A DNA stretch of 64,000 bases from a virus (IMGVR_UViG_3300031555_001748:11376-75375), one strand, 5' to 3'. Counted from the stretch's first letter, positions 13,125 through 24,432 are shown. The notes: generated from the sequence alone by a model not told the origin. Numbers and translations: made by a program.

Positions 13125-13703
13125 ATGAAGGGGATATTATGTATGTTTAGAGCTAAGAAAGAAACAACTAGAGAAGATAATAATAGTGTCAATACTTATG
13201 AACTGCAAGTTGAGAATGAAAAGCTGAAGATTAAAGCAGAAACTTTACAGTTTAAGCTCGACCAAGCAAATGAAAAGTATTCTATTATTGAAAAGCAGCT
13301 TAAAGAGATTAAGGGTACAGATATTGAAAAAACCAAGGAAGAGAATGCTTCTTTGAAGAAAGAGCTTGCTGATTTAAAGTTTAAAATGGTAAACGATACC
13401 AAGAGCATTGAATTGGAAACAGAAAATAAGAAGTTGAAGTCACAGATTGATGTTCAGCAGTCAGAAAATGAACATTTAACAAAGTTACTTGATACATATA
13501 GAGCAATGCCAGATGTAAGGAACATGATTGATAACATGTCTAGTTTGGCAGTTCCTCATATGGACGAACTGAAAGAGTTTGCTAAAATGCTTTCAGATTC
13601 AAAGGTTGCAAAACTGTGCGATGAATTATCTAAGACGAATAATGTGATGAGAGAGACAAATGACTATCTTAATTATCAATTTAGAAGAGGAATGAATTTT
13701 TAA
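13125..13703 (+). CDS. Coiled-coil hypothetical protein
   Basis: Extended E/K/L heptads. Confidence 0.6.
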   Translation: MKGILCMFRAKKETTREDNNSVNTYELQVENEKLKIKAETLQFKLDQANEKYSIIEKQLKEIKGTDIEKTKEENASLKKELADLKFKMVNDTKSIELETENKKLKSQIDVQQSENEHLTKLLDTYRAMPDVRNMIDNMSSLAVPHMDELKEFAKMLSDSKVAKLCDELSKTNNVMRETNDYLNYQFRRGMNF

Positions 13704-13724
13704 AATACGAATTTTATAGCTTGT

Positions 13725-14816
13725 TTGAGAGGAAATATTATGTATTACGATTATGAAGATTATTATGAGCCGTCTGTAATGGATGAAATTCTTGAAGAGT
13801 TTCAGCAGAAATGCAGAGAGGTTCTATTGGACGATATTAATTCAACAATTGGTTCTATCAAACAAACGAATGAATATCTGAAAAAAGAAAATGATGATTT
13901 GAAAAAGGCTCTTTCTCAAGCAGAAAGAAATTTGAGAGAGTCGAATAAAAACATGGAAAAGTTTTCTTTAATGGAGACTTTGACTAACGGTATTAAGAAT
14001 ACGGTTGAAAATGCCGAAAGCAAAAATCAGAAGATTTACGACTTTTTAAATTTAGTATTTACCAAGGACTACAACGAAGATGTGTATGACGCTCCGCTAT
14101 GGATTGGAGCAATGACACAATTTTATTCTAATAGAGAAAAGGTACTTGAAATACTTAAACTGTTTGATATTAAATTGCCGAAGAATGTTGAGAATTTTAG
14201 ATTACCTATTGATTGGAATGAAGAAGAGTTGGATATTTTCTTTGATACAATGCACAATCATTATAATTGCAACGGTTGCTTTTATCAGACAAACTTAAGA
14301 TTTTGGTCTAGTAATGCCCTAGATGATGTTAAAACTCAATGCAATAGGAATTACAGTGAAATTCCGTGGCAGTATGTATTAAAGAATCCTTTGTTAAAAA
14401 AGAAAAAGTATTTAACAAAGATTGGGAAGAACGCATATGGTTCTAATGGCTATTCTGGACATTGGGATAATTTCTATAGAATTGATAATTATCTTAACCT
14501 ATCAAGTGAAGAAATTAAAACCATTTTAAACAATATTAATGAAGCGAAATTAAAGAAGAATGATGAAATTGCAAAGTTTGTATTAAGAAACATTAAGCAT
14601 ATTGAAAATGATAAGCTTCTTAATAAAGTTTATTCGCTATTCCACGATTCTTATGATTTCAATTACGGAAAGAAAATTTTAGAAATGCCATATACATATA
14701 TGTTGCAGTGGGTGAGTGACCATCAAAATATTGCAACTAAATTTATTGAAGAAAACAGCAAGCATTTTACAGATGAGCAGCGAAAAGAGCTTCTGATGAA
14801 AGCTCTTGGATTGTAA
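13725..14816 (+). CDS. Hypothetical protein with N-terminal coiled coil
   Basis: 363-aa ORF with SD; no recognisable family. Confidence 0.7.
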   Translation: MRGNIMYYDYEDYYEPSVMDEILEEFQQKCREVLLDDINSTIGSIKQTNEYLKKENDDLKKALSQAERNLRESNKNMEKFSLMETLTNGIKNTVENAESKNQKIYDFLNLVFTKDYNEDVYDAPLWIGAMTQFYSNREKVLEILKLFDIKLPKNVENFRLPIDWNEEELDIFFDTMHNHYNCNGCFYQTNLRFWSSNALDDVKTQCNRNYSEIPWQYVLKNPLLKKKKYLTKIGKNAYGSNGYSGHWDNFYRIDNYLNLSSEEIKTILNNINEAKLKKNDEIAKFVLRNIKHIENDKLLNKVYSLFHDSYDFNYGKKILEMPYTYMLQWVSDHQNIATKFIEENSKHFTDEQRKELLMKALGL

Positions 14817-17800
14817 CTTAAAAACAAACTTTTAAGAGGTGGGTCATATGCAAAAGATTACGCAAAAAATTGAAAAACAGACAGTAGAAGATGTAGCTGT
14901 TATAACAAAGTATTGTAATATGTTGGCTGACAAAGTAAATGAACTAAATGAAGAGCTGCAAGAAACAAAAGAGGAACTTGAAAGGTGTCGTAAAAGGATG
15001 CATAGTCATATATTTGACATATAAAAATAAAATTTTAAATGGTGATAAGTATGAATGTGATGAATGTGAGATGTGATAAGTGCGATGGTTTCGGATATAT
15101 AAGTCGATGGATTATTCCAGACGACAATGCTCATATTGCTAGTAGAAGCACAGAAATTTGTGATGAGTGTAATGGCAAAGGATATACTGAACATGCTGTA
15201 TTTTCTGTTGAAGAAGCAAAAGCAATTCTTAAATATTGTGGTTTAAGTACAGAAAGTTAACAAATAAAAATAGAGTTTTAAGAGGTAGATTATGGCAGAT
15301 AAAACATTTAATATTGAAGTAACGATGAATGAAAGATGGGTGGATGATTTCTGTTCAATGCTGAAATGGATGGAAAGCTGTGGTAATCTTGGTCATTCAT
15401 CTGTCGTAGGATTCTATTCAGATGGTGATGGTGATTTTCGTCCAAAGTTTAAGATTGATACAGGATTTAATAAGGTGAATGGATATAGAAAGAAAGACAC
15501 TCCTTTGCCTTTACCAAAGTTAGAAGTAATTTTTGATGCTGGTTGACACATAAAAATGAAGTTTTAAGTGGTGAGATTATGTTGAGATTTACAAGTGGGT
15601 TTTCTTTTGATGGAGATGGCAGTAAATTATTTTTGGTAAACACAAAATATTATCATATTGAAGATGATACTGCTTGTTTTAAGTTGAGTAGTAGTTTTCA
15701 CAATATGAAAAATGCGACAATTGAAAGCAACTATAAAATTATGAAAGCAGATATTAAGGATAAACACGGTAACGGTTGGGATGTCTGGATTGATTTTAAC
15801 GATAATGGCAAAGAAGAGTTTAGAGCATATAAAGTGATAGAAACAAACTAATAAAAATATACTTTTAAGAGGTAATTATGAAATTTCGTGAATTTACATT
15901 TGTTCCAGAAGACAAAGATAAGCCTATTAAAGTGGTCTATGAAGATGATTTCAAAGTAATTCAAACAAATGATTGCACTATTGAAATTGTAAAAAGGTTA
16001 ACTCCTATGGAATCAGAAAAGCTTCTCAATGATATGTTTGGTACTACTGATGTTGGCATTCTTGATTGTAGTGACATGACAGATGAAGAAATTGATAGGA
16101 TTGTAGAAGAGTTTAACAATATTCCAGAAGTATATCCTGTCACCAACAAAGAGTTGCAAAAAATCTTAGAGAGGTTAGAAAATGAATCAAACTAATCATG
16201 TGTCGATAGAAGAACTTGAACATTACAAGAAGTATTTTGATAAACAAGAAGGAAGAAGGTATCCTTGTAGCAATCAGATAGTTCTTTGTGGAATTATAAC
16301 CAAAAACAGAGACAAAGCCATAGACTTCATGAAAGACAAGAATATTGTTGACAAAAGAGAACGAAAAAATGAAATCTTATGGTTTCTAGATAATGGCGAG
16401 AGATGGATGTGGCGTAACTGGAATGTAGACCATAGAGGATATAGGTTTTATAAGATTGCAGTTGATAAATCCATAGATACTGATTTGTTTAGGCTATTAG
16501 TAGTTCCTAAATGCAGCTTATATTGTTGTTCATTTGAGATTATATGAGGTGAGATTATGGCGCATTGGATTATTGAAGACAAAGGATTTGGCGGAGTTGT
16601 ATATAGATGTTCCAATTGCAGAGAAGCATGGGATGACTATTATTGTAAATTCCCAAAAGACTTTTGTGCTTGGTGCGGAGAAGACATTGATGAAGATGCC
16701 AATGAATATGTTGAAGAAGTAAAGAAGACTGGAATCATAGGCAAATGGGAAGGCGTTCCTGTTATAGAAATTCCTGCTTTAATCTCTTGGTTGAATGACC
16801 AAAAGTATACCAGTGTAGATGAAGCCAGTGATGATATGACAGAAGAGTTTGAAAGAGAACATCAGTGGGAATTAAGCAGAAATAGTTTTATAAACAATAT
16901 GATAAAGAAACTTAAAGAATTGAAGTAAGCAAATAAAAATTATATTTTAAGAGGTAAGATTATATGAAGATTTCAGATATGATTAGAAACTTATATGAAT
17001 TCATGAAAGAAAACGGAGACCTCGAATGTTGGTATGCAGTAGATGACGAGGGAAATGGGTATCGTGAAGTTCATTTCCCTCCTAGTTTATATTATGCAAA
17101 TGAAGATGATGAAGTTTATCAGTCTTTGCAGGACTTCGATTTTGATGAAGAGTATGTAGATAATATTCGGCAGATTTGTATTATTAATTAAGGAGCGAAA
17201 TTGTATGATTTTGAGTAAAAAGTTTGAATGTACTACAGACGATTTAGATTCTGTTGTTGTTTCACTGGCAAAAGAAATTGAAGACGGCTGGCACATTGGA
17301 AAGATTGAAATGCATGATTTTCATATGTGCTATATGACAAAGAAAAATGAGCCTGATTTTTCTATTGAACTTGTGAGAAAGGATAGATATTAATAAGGAG
17401 CGGATTATATGACAAGAGAGTTGCTTGTACAAAATATTAAAGACTGCGGTCAGTCGTTAATTGATAATGCAGAAAAAATTGCAAATTATTATGATTTTAT
17501 GATTGGATTGAATATTAGTTGCTATGTAGACGAAGAAGACCGTAGTCCGTATATTAGCGTTAATACTGATTTTGTTCCAGAGAGTTTTGTTAAGAGAACA
17601 ACTTAAAAACTTAATTTTAAGAGGTAAAAAATATGGGTAATATTCAAATTGGTCAAGGCAATGTTATTAAAAACTCCGTTATTTCTAGTGGAGTTGTTGT
17701 CATTGGCAATGAAGTTACAATTAACGGTGTTAAAATGCCGCCTTGTCCAGTTAAGGGGTATAACTCAACCATTATCAATAACAAAGTGTACTTAAATGGT

Positions 17801-18531
17801 TATGAGTTAGTTAATGGAAAATGGAAGAAGACATTGAGAGCCTTGTGGCATAAGTGGTTTTAATATTGAGAGGTAAGATATGAGTAGAACTTATTCATTG
17901 GTAAAGAGTTCAGATGAACTAAAGAAGTTAATTGCTGAAAATCCAGACTTGCCGATTGCGGTATTGGCAGGAGAAGATGCGAATGACGGTTATTGGGGAT
18001 GGATGTATTGCAGCAGTATTTCTTTTGGTATCAGTGAAATTCTGGACTGTGATTTTTATGACATAGATGACAGCGTGTTTGTAGACAGAGATAGATTAGA
18101 AGAGAAGATTGCAGACGACATTTATGACGAGAATGAAGAAGCGTCTGATGAGTATTGCGAAGAACTTATTAAGCGTAGGTTAGAAGAGCTTGAGCCTTAT
18201 TGGAAAAAGGTAATTGCCATCTATGCCGACAATTGACCACTTAAAAACATAGTTTTATCGGATAGAAAGTTGGTGATGTAATTGGCTTTATATTATCGAG
18301 GCAAGAAATTTACTCATCTTTTTAATAAAGGAAAAAAATATCGTATAACAATTGATAAAACAAAAGAAAAACCAATTGTTGTCTTAAAACCATCAAACCC
18401 AAATACTGAAAAAGAAGAATCTAATTGCTAAATATATACAGCTATAAGCGCATAAGTCTATATTGTTGATTGGTTTATCGAGAAGTGGTATTATAAAAGA
18501 AAAGAATATAATACGAAAGAAGGAATAAACT

Positions 18532-19479
18532 GTGAACAATGTAGAGCGATTTATGGAATCAGTTCAAGTACCGAACACAGCTAAAGTGATTAGATTCGTA
18601 CTTAAAAATGCTGAAGCCAATATCGAAGATTATAGTTTAATGGAGCTTGAACAGTTTATACTCGACAGAAAACCAAGTAGTCAGAAAGAAATTACAACAA
18701 CTTGCTATGTATTAGGGATGTATGCTAAGTGGTTACAAGAAGAAGGCGTTGTTGATAATGATAATCTATATCAGATGGTTAATTCTTTAGACAAAAAATT
18801 ATTATGGAAGAAAGCAAAACCAAACGCAAAAAAGAAATTTATAAACAATGAAGAGTATCAAAGAGTAACTAAAGATATCGCAACATATGAAGAATATAAT
18901 GCATTGTATTATGAATTGCTTTTTAGCTGTATATGGAATGGAATATACAATGATGACTTAAGTGTTATTAAAAATCTAAGAACCTCCAACATAGGTGATA
19001 ATGGAACGGTGATATTAGAAGAAGATAATGGACATACCTATAAACTTAAAATACCAGAAAAATTAGCATCCGATTTAAAACAACTCGCAAGTATTAGCAG
19101 TTGGCAACGCCCAAACAGGTACGGCATTTGTAATGTAGATATGCGTGGTGCTTATCCAGATAGTGTATTCAAAATTGAAAATAGGTCTACCGCATCAAAT
19201 GAGTCTTTTAGATTCACATACTATGCAAAACTGCGTAAGATAGCAAAAGAATATCTCGACCATAGTTTACTTCCTCTTCAATTATATACATCAGGGATAA
19301 TGTATCGTATTAAAGTTGAATTAGATAAAAATGATATTCCTTTAGAAGAAGCGTTTGCTCAAAATAGTCGTAATAAAATGGCTCATTTAATTATTCAAAA
19401 AGAGCTAATTCGTTGCAATAGCTCTATTGAAGTAGGTAATTTTCGTGAGTTGGTCAAAGGGCATTTAGATGCTTTCTAA
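18532..19479 (+). CDS. Tyrosine-recombinase-fold protein lacking catalytic residues; MrpR/YopR-like phage repressor candidate
   Basis: SAM-like N-terminus. Box I reads LFSCIWNGIYNDDLSVIKNLRTSNI (Arg replaced). Box II reads LPLQLYTSG instead of HxLRH. No C-terminal catalytic Tyr. Size is similar to SPbeta MrpR. Confidence 0.6.
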   Translation: MNNVERFMESVQVPNTAKVIRFVLKNAEANIEDYSLMELEQFILDRKPSSQKEITTTCYVLGMYAKWLQEEGVVDNDNLYQMVNSLDKKLLWKKAKPNAKKKFINNEEYQRVTKDIATYEEYNALYYELLFSCIWNGIYNDDLSVIKNLRTSNIGDNGTVILEEDNGHTYKLKIPEKLASDLKQLASISSWQRPNRYGICNVDMRGAYPDSVFKIENRSTASNESFRFTYYAKLRKIAKEYLDHSLLPLQLYTSGIMYRIKVELDKNDIPLEEAFAQNSRNKMAHLIIQKELIRCNSSIEVGNFRELVKGHLDAF

Positions 19480-20009
19480 TTAGATAAAATTGCCATCAAA
19501 CAAATGTTCGATAGGGTATTGTAATATTCTAAAAATTATTGTAATATAATTTCAGGGAGTAGAGCCACAGAGTAAAAATATATGCTCTGTGGCGAAGCAC
19601 CACTATATATAGTTAGGAAGGAATAAGGTATGATTACTGAAAAGACTTTGATGAAATTTGGGCTTATTAAAGATGAAAATAATTTTCAATTAAAAGAAGT
19701 TTTTAAAAATAATTTAAAGTTAAAAGAAATACATATAGATATTTATCCAGAAAATCCCCTCATATCTTCTTCTGCGCCCTTCATGCTTTTATTGAGAACT
19801 ATCGAAAAAAATGTAATGGCTTCGAATGATGAAAACAGACTTATTTTAATGAGAAATGATGGATATGAAACTTACTTTATGAACGTGTTATTTGCCGAAA
19901 TTAAAGAGTGTTATTATAAAGACACTTATGTTTCTTCTGAATTTATCCTAAATATTCAGAATATATGGTATCGTATAACTGTTTTAAACTGAGAAAATTA
20001 TAAGAAAAG

Positions 20010-20549
20010 GTGAAATATGTGCAAACAAAATTAAAGTTTGCTTTATGTATAGTTAATATACTAATAAATGTGACGGTAATTAGTGGATGCATATATGAAA
20101 AACAACAATATAAAACAACAATACATAAGTTAAATGAAACAAAACAACAACATAATGAAACAAAACAACAAATAGAAGGTAATCCGAAAGAAGTAGAGAA
20201 AGAGACCAATAAGGAGGTAGATACTCAGGCTATTATGCCTGTTAGCTTGGGTGAATTTAAGTTGACGGCATATTGCTCGTGTGAAAAATGTTGTGGCATA
20301 TGGGCTTATAACAGACCGAACGGTGTTGTTTACGGAGCTATTGGAGAAGAGTTAAAAGAGGGCTATAGCATAGCAGTAGACCCAGATGTTATTCCTTATG
20401 GAACTGAGGTTATTATAAATGGACATATATATAAAGCCCAAGATTGTGGTGGCGGAATTAAAGGAAATGAAATAGACATTTATTTCGAAAACCATGACGA
20501 AGCTTTAAATTTTGGAGTACAATATGCAGAAATATTTTTGGTGAATTAA
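20010..20549 (+). CDS. 3D-domain (MltA-like) cell-wall protein with N-terminal membrane anchor
   Basis: LTAY...IAVDPDVIPYGT...AQDCGGGIKGNEIDIYF; 21-bp-period duplication at 20133-20171. Confidence 0.85.
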   Translation: MKYVQTKLKFALCIVNILINVTVISGCIYEKQQYKTTIHKLNETKQQHNETKQQIEGNPKEVEKETNKEVDTQAIMPVSLGEFKLTAYCSCEKCCGIWAYNRPNGVVYGAIGEELKEGYSIAVDPDVIPYGTEVIINGHIYKAQDCGGGIKGNEIDIYFENHDEALNFGVQYAEIFLVN

Positions 20550-20709
20550 TATGAAGATATATATTTATTATTACGAAGTGCCTAATAGTGTGAGAGTTAT
20601 CTTTGATTATTATCCGATGCAAAATGGGCAAAAGATACATAAAGAAAAAGAATTATGGGTTAGATATATCTTATAAGTTTTTAAAATATAAAGTTATATA
20701 AAATAAGTA

Positions 20710-20738
20710 TTGACAAATTATGTAATTGGTAGTATAAT
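20710..20738 (+). promoter_or_regulatory. Consensus sigma-A promoter flanked by two TAAC-N7-GTTA-type boxes
   Basis: TTGACA-17-TATAAT; boxes at 20682-20700 and 20753-20771. Confidence 0.9.
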
Positions 20739-20761
20739 ATCTTTGTAACAGGTAACAAGCA

Positions 20762-21301
20762 ATGTTATATAAAAACAAAACAAATAAGAAAGGGATAAAA
20801 ATGAATACTGTATTAAGATTTGACAGAGTGATTCTAACTAAGGAGTTGAATGAAAAGTTTAAGCAGGTAGGTGATGTGTTTGAAATTGCCAACATCCTAG
20901 AAGATTCTTTTCTTTTAAGAAGCGCTAAAACCAAGGTCGCTCTGGGTGTAATTAGTTTTGAAGATTTTGAAAAGCATTTTGTTCATGAGAACAATTTTAA
21001 GGGGTGGACACCTTGGATGCCGATTGTAGGATTTGATGGTCAGACAGACGCTCTTTATCGTACAAATCGAAAGAAGACTCAAGTGAAGTTTTTAACTAAT
21101 AAGGTTAGAGCCGAGTCTTGTTGTTCTAAGGTTGACGACTTTAATCTTTCTTTTGGTATTCAGATTGCATATCTACGCTGTCTGAATAAGGCAATGTTAA
21201 AGCAGAAGATTGAGCTTGAGGAGAAGATTAAGACCATTAATAGTGAGATTGCAGAGAACGAATCTATTATGAAGAAGATGGTTAACTCTTTAGATATTTA
21301 A
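20762..21301 (+). CDS. Conserved phage hypothetical protein (likely start 20801)
   Basis: ORF with SD; ESCCSKVDDFNLSFGIQIAYLRC segment and C-terminal coiled coil. Confidence 0.6.
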   Translation: MLYKNKTNKKGIKMNTVLRFDRVILTKELNEKFKQVGDVFEIANILEDSFLLRSAKTKVALGVISFEDFEKHFVHENNFKGWTPWMPIVGFDGQTDALYRTNRKKTQVKFLTNKVRAESCCSKVDDFNLSFGIQIAYLRCLNKAMLKQKIELEEKIKTINSEIAENESIMKKMVNSLDI

Positions 21302-21526
21302 TGTGGAGGTAACAAATGATATTTTTTAGATTCATTAGGGTGTGTAAAAAGTACAGGTTTGCATATGCACTTAGCACAGTTTCTGAGCTGACATTGATTC
21401 TTCGTCCTAGTGGTAATTTTGATAATATTGAAATCAATCAAGGATTTTATAACTGGAATTATAGCAAGCTGTTTTCAGACGCAATAAAAGAAATGAAGGC
21501 TTACAGAAAAGAAAGAGGTTATTAAT

Positions 21527-22678
21527 TTGATTTATCTCGATTCTGCTGCAACAGCTAAATATAGAAATATTGATGATATTATTGTAAACACGATTATAAC
21601 CGCAATGAGAGATAGTTGGCAAAATCCATCCAGTCTTTATGCAGTCAATGTAAAAGATAAAATCAATAAATGCAGAGCAAATATTGCAGAGTTTATTGGG
21701 GCAGAACCTAATGAAATTTATTTTACAAGCGGAGCTTCTGAAAGTAATAACTGGGCTATTAGAGGTTGGGTTGACGAAACGTGGCTAGATATATATAAAA
21801 CACCAAATGTTATTACAACAAAAATAGAACATAAATCCATTCTAGAACTTCTTGATAATAGTGATTTAGATGCCATTATAAGTTATTGCAATGTAGACGA
21901 GTTTGGATTTGTTGATATTGAATCATTGAAACAAATGTTAATAATGCGAGAAGGCAAGCCTGTTTTGGTAAGTGTTCATATAGCCAACAATGAAATTGGC
22001 ACGATTCAGCCTATCAAGCAGATTTCTGAGTTGGTTCATAGTTATGGCGGTATTATACATGTAGATGCTACACAAGCGCTAGGTCATATTCATGTTGATG
22101 TAGAAGAGCTTGGAATTGATATGATGAGTGCGAGTGGTCATAAGATTTCTCCTGTGCTCAGAGGTATTGGCTTCTTATATAAGAAAAATAACATAAATAT
22201 TCAACCGCTTATCTATGGAGCGCAAGAAAATGGGCTGCGTGGAGGCACCGAGAACACTTACGGAATCATTGGGTTAAACAAAGCAATTGAAATGTGTAAT
22301 TTCAGCCAAGATGAAATTAATGAAATGTACAGCAAGAGAGATTATTTTATCTGCTCACTTGAAAATAAATTTGGCTGCAAATTAAACGGAGATAGATGGA
22401 TGCGATTGCCAAATAATATCAATGTAACATTTCCTCAAAACATAACTGGTGAAAGCTTGCTGTATATGCTTGACATGAGCAATATAAAAATTTCAACAGG
22501 CTCAGCTTGTAACAGTCATATAATTTCTCCTAGTCATGTATTAAAGGCTGTGGGCATGAGTGACGAAGATGCAATGAGAAGCGTTCGGTTTACATTGCCA
22601 GAAGATATTACATATGAAGAAATTAATTATGTTGTCAAGGAAATTGATAACGCAATTAAACTTATTGAAATAAATTAA
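21527..22678 (+). CDS. iscS: Cysteine desulfurase (IscS/NifS family)
   Basis: IYLDSAAT, FTSGASESNN, NNEIGTIQP, HVDATQ, SGHK (PLP Lys), RGGTEN, STGSAC (catalytic Cys). Confidence 0.95.
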   Translation: MIYLDSAATAKYRNIDDIIVNTIITAMRDSWQNPSSLYAVNVKDKINKCRANIAEFIGAEPNEIYFTSGASESNNWAIRGWVDETWLDIYKTPNVITTKIEHKSILELLDNSDLDAIISYCNVDEFGFVDIESLKQMLIMREGKPVLVSVHIANNEIGTIQPIKQISELVHSYGGIIHVDATQALGHIHVDVEELGIDMMSASGHKISPVLRGIGFLYKKNNINIQPLIYGAQENGLRGGTENTYGIIGLNKAIEMCNFSQDEINEMYSKRDYFICSLENKFGCKLNGDRWMRLPNNINVTFPQNITGESLLYMLDMSNIKISTGSACNSHIISPSHVLKAVGMSDEDAMRSVRFTLPEDITYEEINYVVKEIDNAIKLIEIN

Positions 22679-22969
22679 ATGGAGATTGACGATATGGACA
22701 AGTATATTATTGGTGAAAGCAGTAGTGGAAAGACTCGTAGAATGCTAGAAGAAGCCAAGAAAAACGATGATGTTGTTGTTTGTAAGAATGTCTCAGCTAT
22801 GAGAAGAAAAGCAGATAATTATGGTATTTTCGATGTTGAGTTTATTGGTTATGAGGAGTTGAACATGGACATTGTTAATGGCAATAAGATTGCAATCGAT
22901 GAGCTTGGCGATTTTTTCAGGTATCGTTTTGGAGTAGAACTCGATGCTTTTACTATGACTGTTGACTGA
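22679..22969 (+). CDS. Small P-loop-like protein
   Basis: IIGESSSGKT Walker-A-like motif; IAIDE Walker-B-like motif. Confidence 0.5.
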   Translation: MEIDDMDKYIIGESSSGKTRRMLEEAKKNDDVVVCKNVSAMRRKADNYGIFDVEFIGYEELNMDIVNGNKIAIDELGDFFRYRFGVELDAFTMTVD

Positions 22970-22984
22970 AAAGAGGTGAGTTAG

Positions 22985-23380
22985 TTGGCGTATAGAGTTT
23001 ATGATAAAAAGAAGAAGCGATTTATTAATGACAATATTTATTTAACTCCAGATGGTGAACTTATTGAATCTAAGAAGTCATTGTTCGGCAATAAGCTAAC
23101 TTTTGTAGACCAAAATAGATATGTGTATCAGAAATCTATTGACCTAAACGACAAGAGCGGTATTTTAATTCATGTTGGCGACTATGTTAAGGCGCAGGTA
23201 GCAGATGACAGAGAGATTACTGGTCTTGTTACATATGCTGAGGAATTAGCAGCTTATATTATTTTGTGCTTTGATACAGACGAATACTTCGTTCTTAGCA
23301 GTCAGGTCTGTGATAGAATTCAGATTGTTGGTAATGTGTTCGATGAGAAAAAGGGTAAGAAAAATGGAGAACCAAACTAA
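22985..23380 (+). CDS. YopX-family protein
   Basis: DLNDKSGILIHVGD; IQIVGNVFD. Confidence 0.7.
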   Translation: MAYRVYDKKKKRFINDNIYLTPDGELIESKKSLFGNKLTFVDQNRYVYQKSIDLNDKSGILIHVGDYVKAQVADDREITGLVTYAEELAAYIILCFDTDEYFVLSSQVCDRIQIVGNVFDEKKGKKNGEPN

Positions 23381-24006
23381 CCATTATAAGTACAAAAGAT
23401 ATAGAAGAGAAAAGTTTATCAATGAGCATATTGGCAATGACGGTTTTATTATTGATGGGTTTATAGTTGACAAAGGTCATCCTAATGGCGTCGAAGTTCA
23501 CTCTATAACGGACAACGCAATTATTATTGTACATAATTATCGTACTGGAAAACTAGTGACAAAACTTTTGGCAAGACCACAACAGATAAAAAGATATTAT
23601 GAATCTACTGGCAGAAAACATCCGTCAGAATATGATGATATTTTAAGGTTAGCATTGCAACATCAAATCTTAGGATACAATGGTATGTAAGGGCAATGTG
23701 TCGTTATGAATGAGGTACTGAATTTTATACAAAAGAGATTTAAAAGTGATTGCAATTGGATTAATGGTAATTGTTATTATTTTTCTATCATACTAAAAGA
23801 TAGATTCCCAGAAGGCAAAATATATTATGATGTGATATGTGGTCATTTTGTTTTTAAGTATCATGATGAGTTCTATGATTGGACTGGCATTATAAAACCA
23901 AATGGATATCTGGTAGAGTGGGATAAATTTGACGAGTATGATTGTTTGCAGAAAAAGATAATTGTAAGAGATTGTATTTTGTGATTATATTATTTGGAGG
24001 TAAAAC

Positions 24007-24432
24007 ATGGAAACAGTAAAGATTTATTTGTCTGGTTCGATGTCTGGCGTTTCATTCGAAGAGCAGTCTAAATGGAGACAGAGAGTTATGGACGCTATTA
24101 AGCATGGATATGAACATGAAAAGAAAGCAACTTTCTTTAACCCAGTTGATTTCTATAACTTCACAGAACGACAGCACAAGACCGAGAAGGAAATCATGGA
24201 GTTTGACTTGTACAATTTAAGAAATTCAAATTTAGTGATTGTAAATTTCAATAACATTTGGTCAATAGGCACTGCGATGGAGCTGATGCTGGCTAAGGAA
24301 ATGCATATTCCCGTTATTGGTTGGAACTCAAGCGGCGAAGAGTTACATCCGTGGCTGGCAGAATGTACAACTCGTTTGTGTGACAATTTAAGAGAAACTG
24401 TAGAGCATGTTGTTGAATTTTATTTGAGTTAA
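24007..24432 (+). CDS. Nucleoside 2-deoxyribosyltransferase / dNMP N-glycosidase-like protein
   Basis: IYLSGSM, FFNP, FDLYNL..S.LVIV, SIGTAMEL. Confidence 0.8.
   Translation: METVKIYLSGSMSGVSFEEQSKWRQRVMDAIKHGYEHEKKATFFNPVDFYNFTERQHKTEKEIMEFDLYNLRNSNLVIVNFNNIWSIGTAMELMLAKEMHIPVIGWNSSGEELHPWLAECTTRLCDNLRETVEHVVEFYLS

Larger units (their letters stand above)
85..18236 (+). other. Accessory region of roughly 60 short co-oriented hypothetical ORFs (mostly 50-200 aa; several under 60 aa are not in the ORF track)
   Basis: Tightly packed + strand ORFs, most with an SD. Many are Cys-rich or membrane-associated. Unlisted small ORFs include 5102-5266, 8329-8499 and 10396-10575. Confidence 0.9.
56..18257. 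repeat. Array of TAAAA-N6-TTTTA intergenic sites (27 exact copies) delimiting small accessory ORFs
   Basis: Exact copies start at 56, 342, 908, 3448, 3669, 4251, 5271, 5745, 6357, 6526, 7051, 8127, 8497, 9117, 9373, 9838, 11773, 12408, 13701, 14819, 15022, 15265, 15551, 15852, 16934, 17604, 18242. Variants at 3963, 4819, 8823 and 12654 (N5). Most are followed directly by AGAGGT/AGTGGT and a start codon. Confidence 0.95.

Noticed and set aside
56-18257. CRISPR array or promoter reading of the repeated site
   Set aside because: The units are separated by whole genes of variable length, and no cas genes are present. The motif abuts the SD, leaving no room for a TSS.
18532-19479. Active integrase for the cassette sites
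   Set aside because: Catalytic R, HxxR and C-terminal Y are not identifiable.
20133-20171. 21-bp-period tandem duplication in the 3D-domain gene
   Set aside because: An ordinary in-frame linker duplication.
21527-22678. DndA/phosphorothioation system
   Set aside because: No dndBCDE or sspBCD-like genes in the window; cannot be excluded genome-wide.
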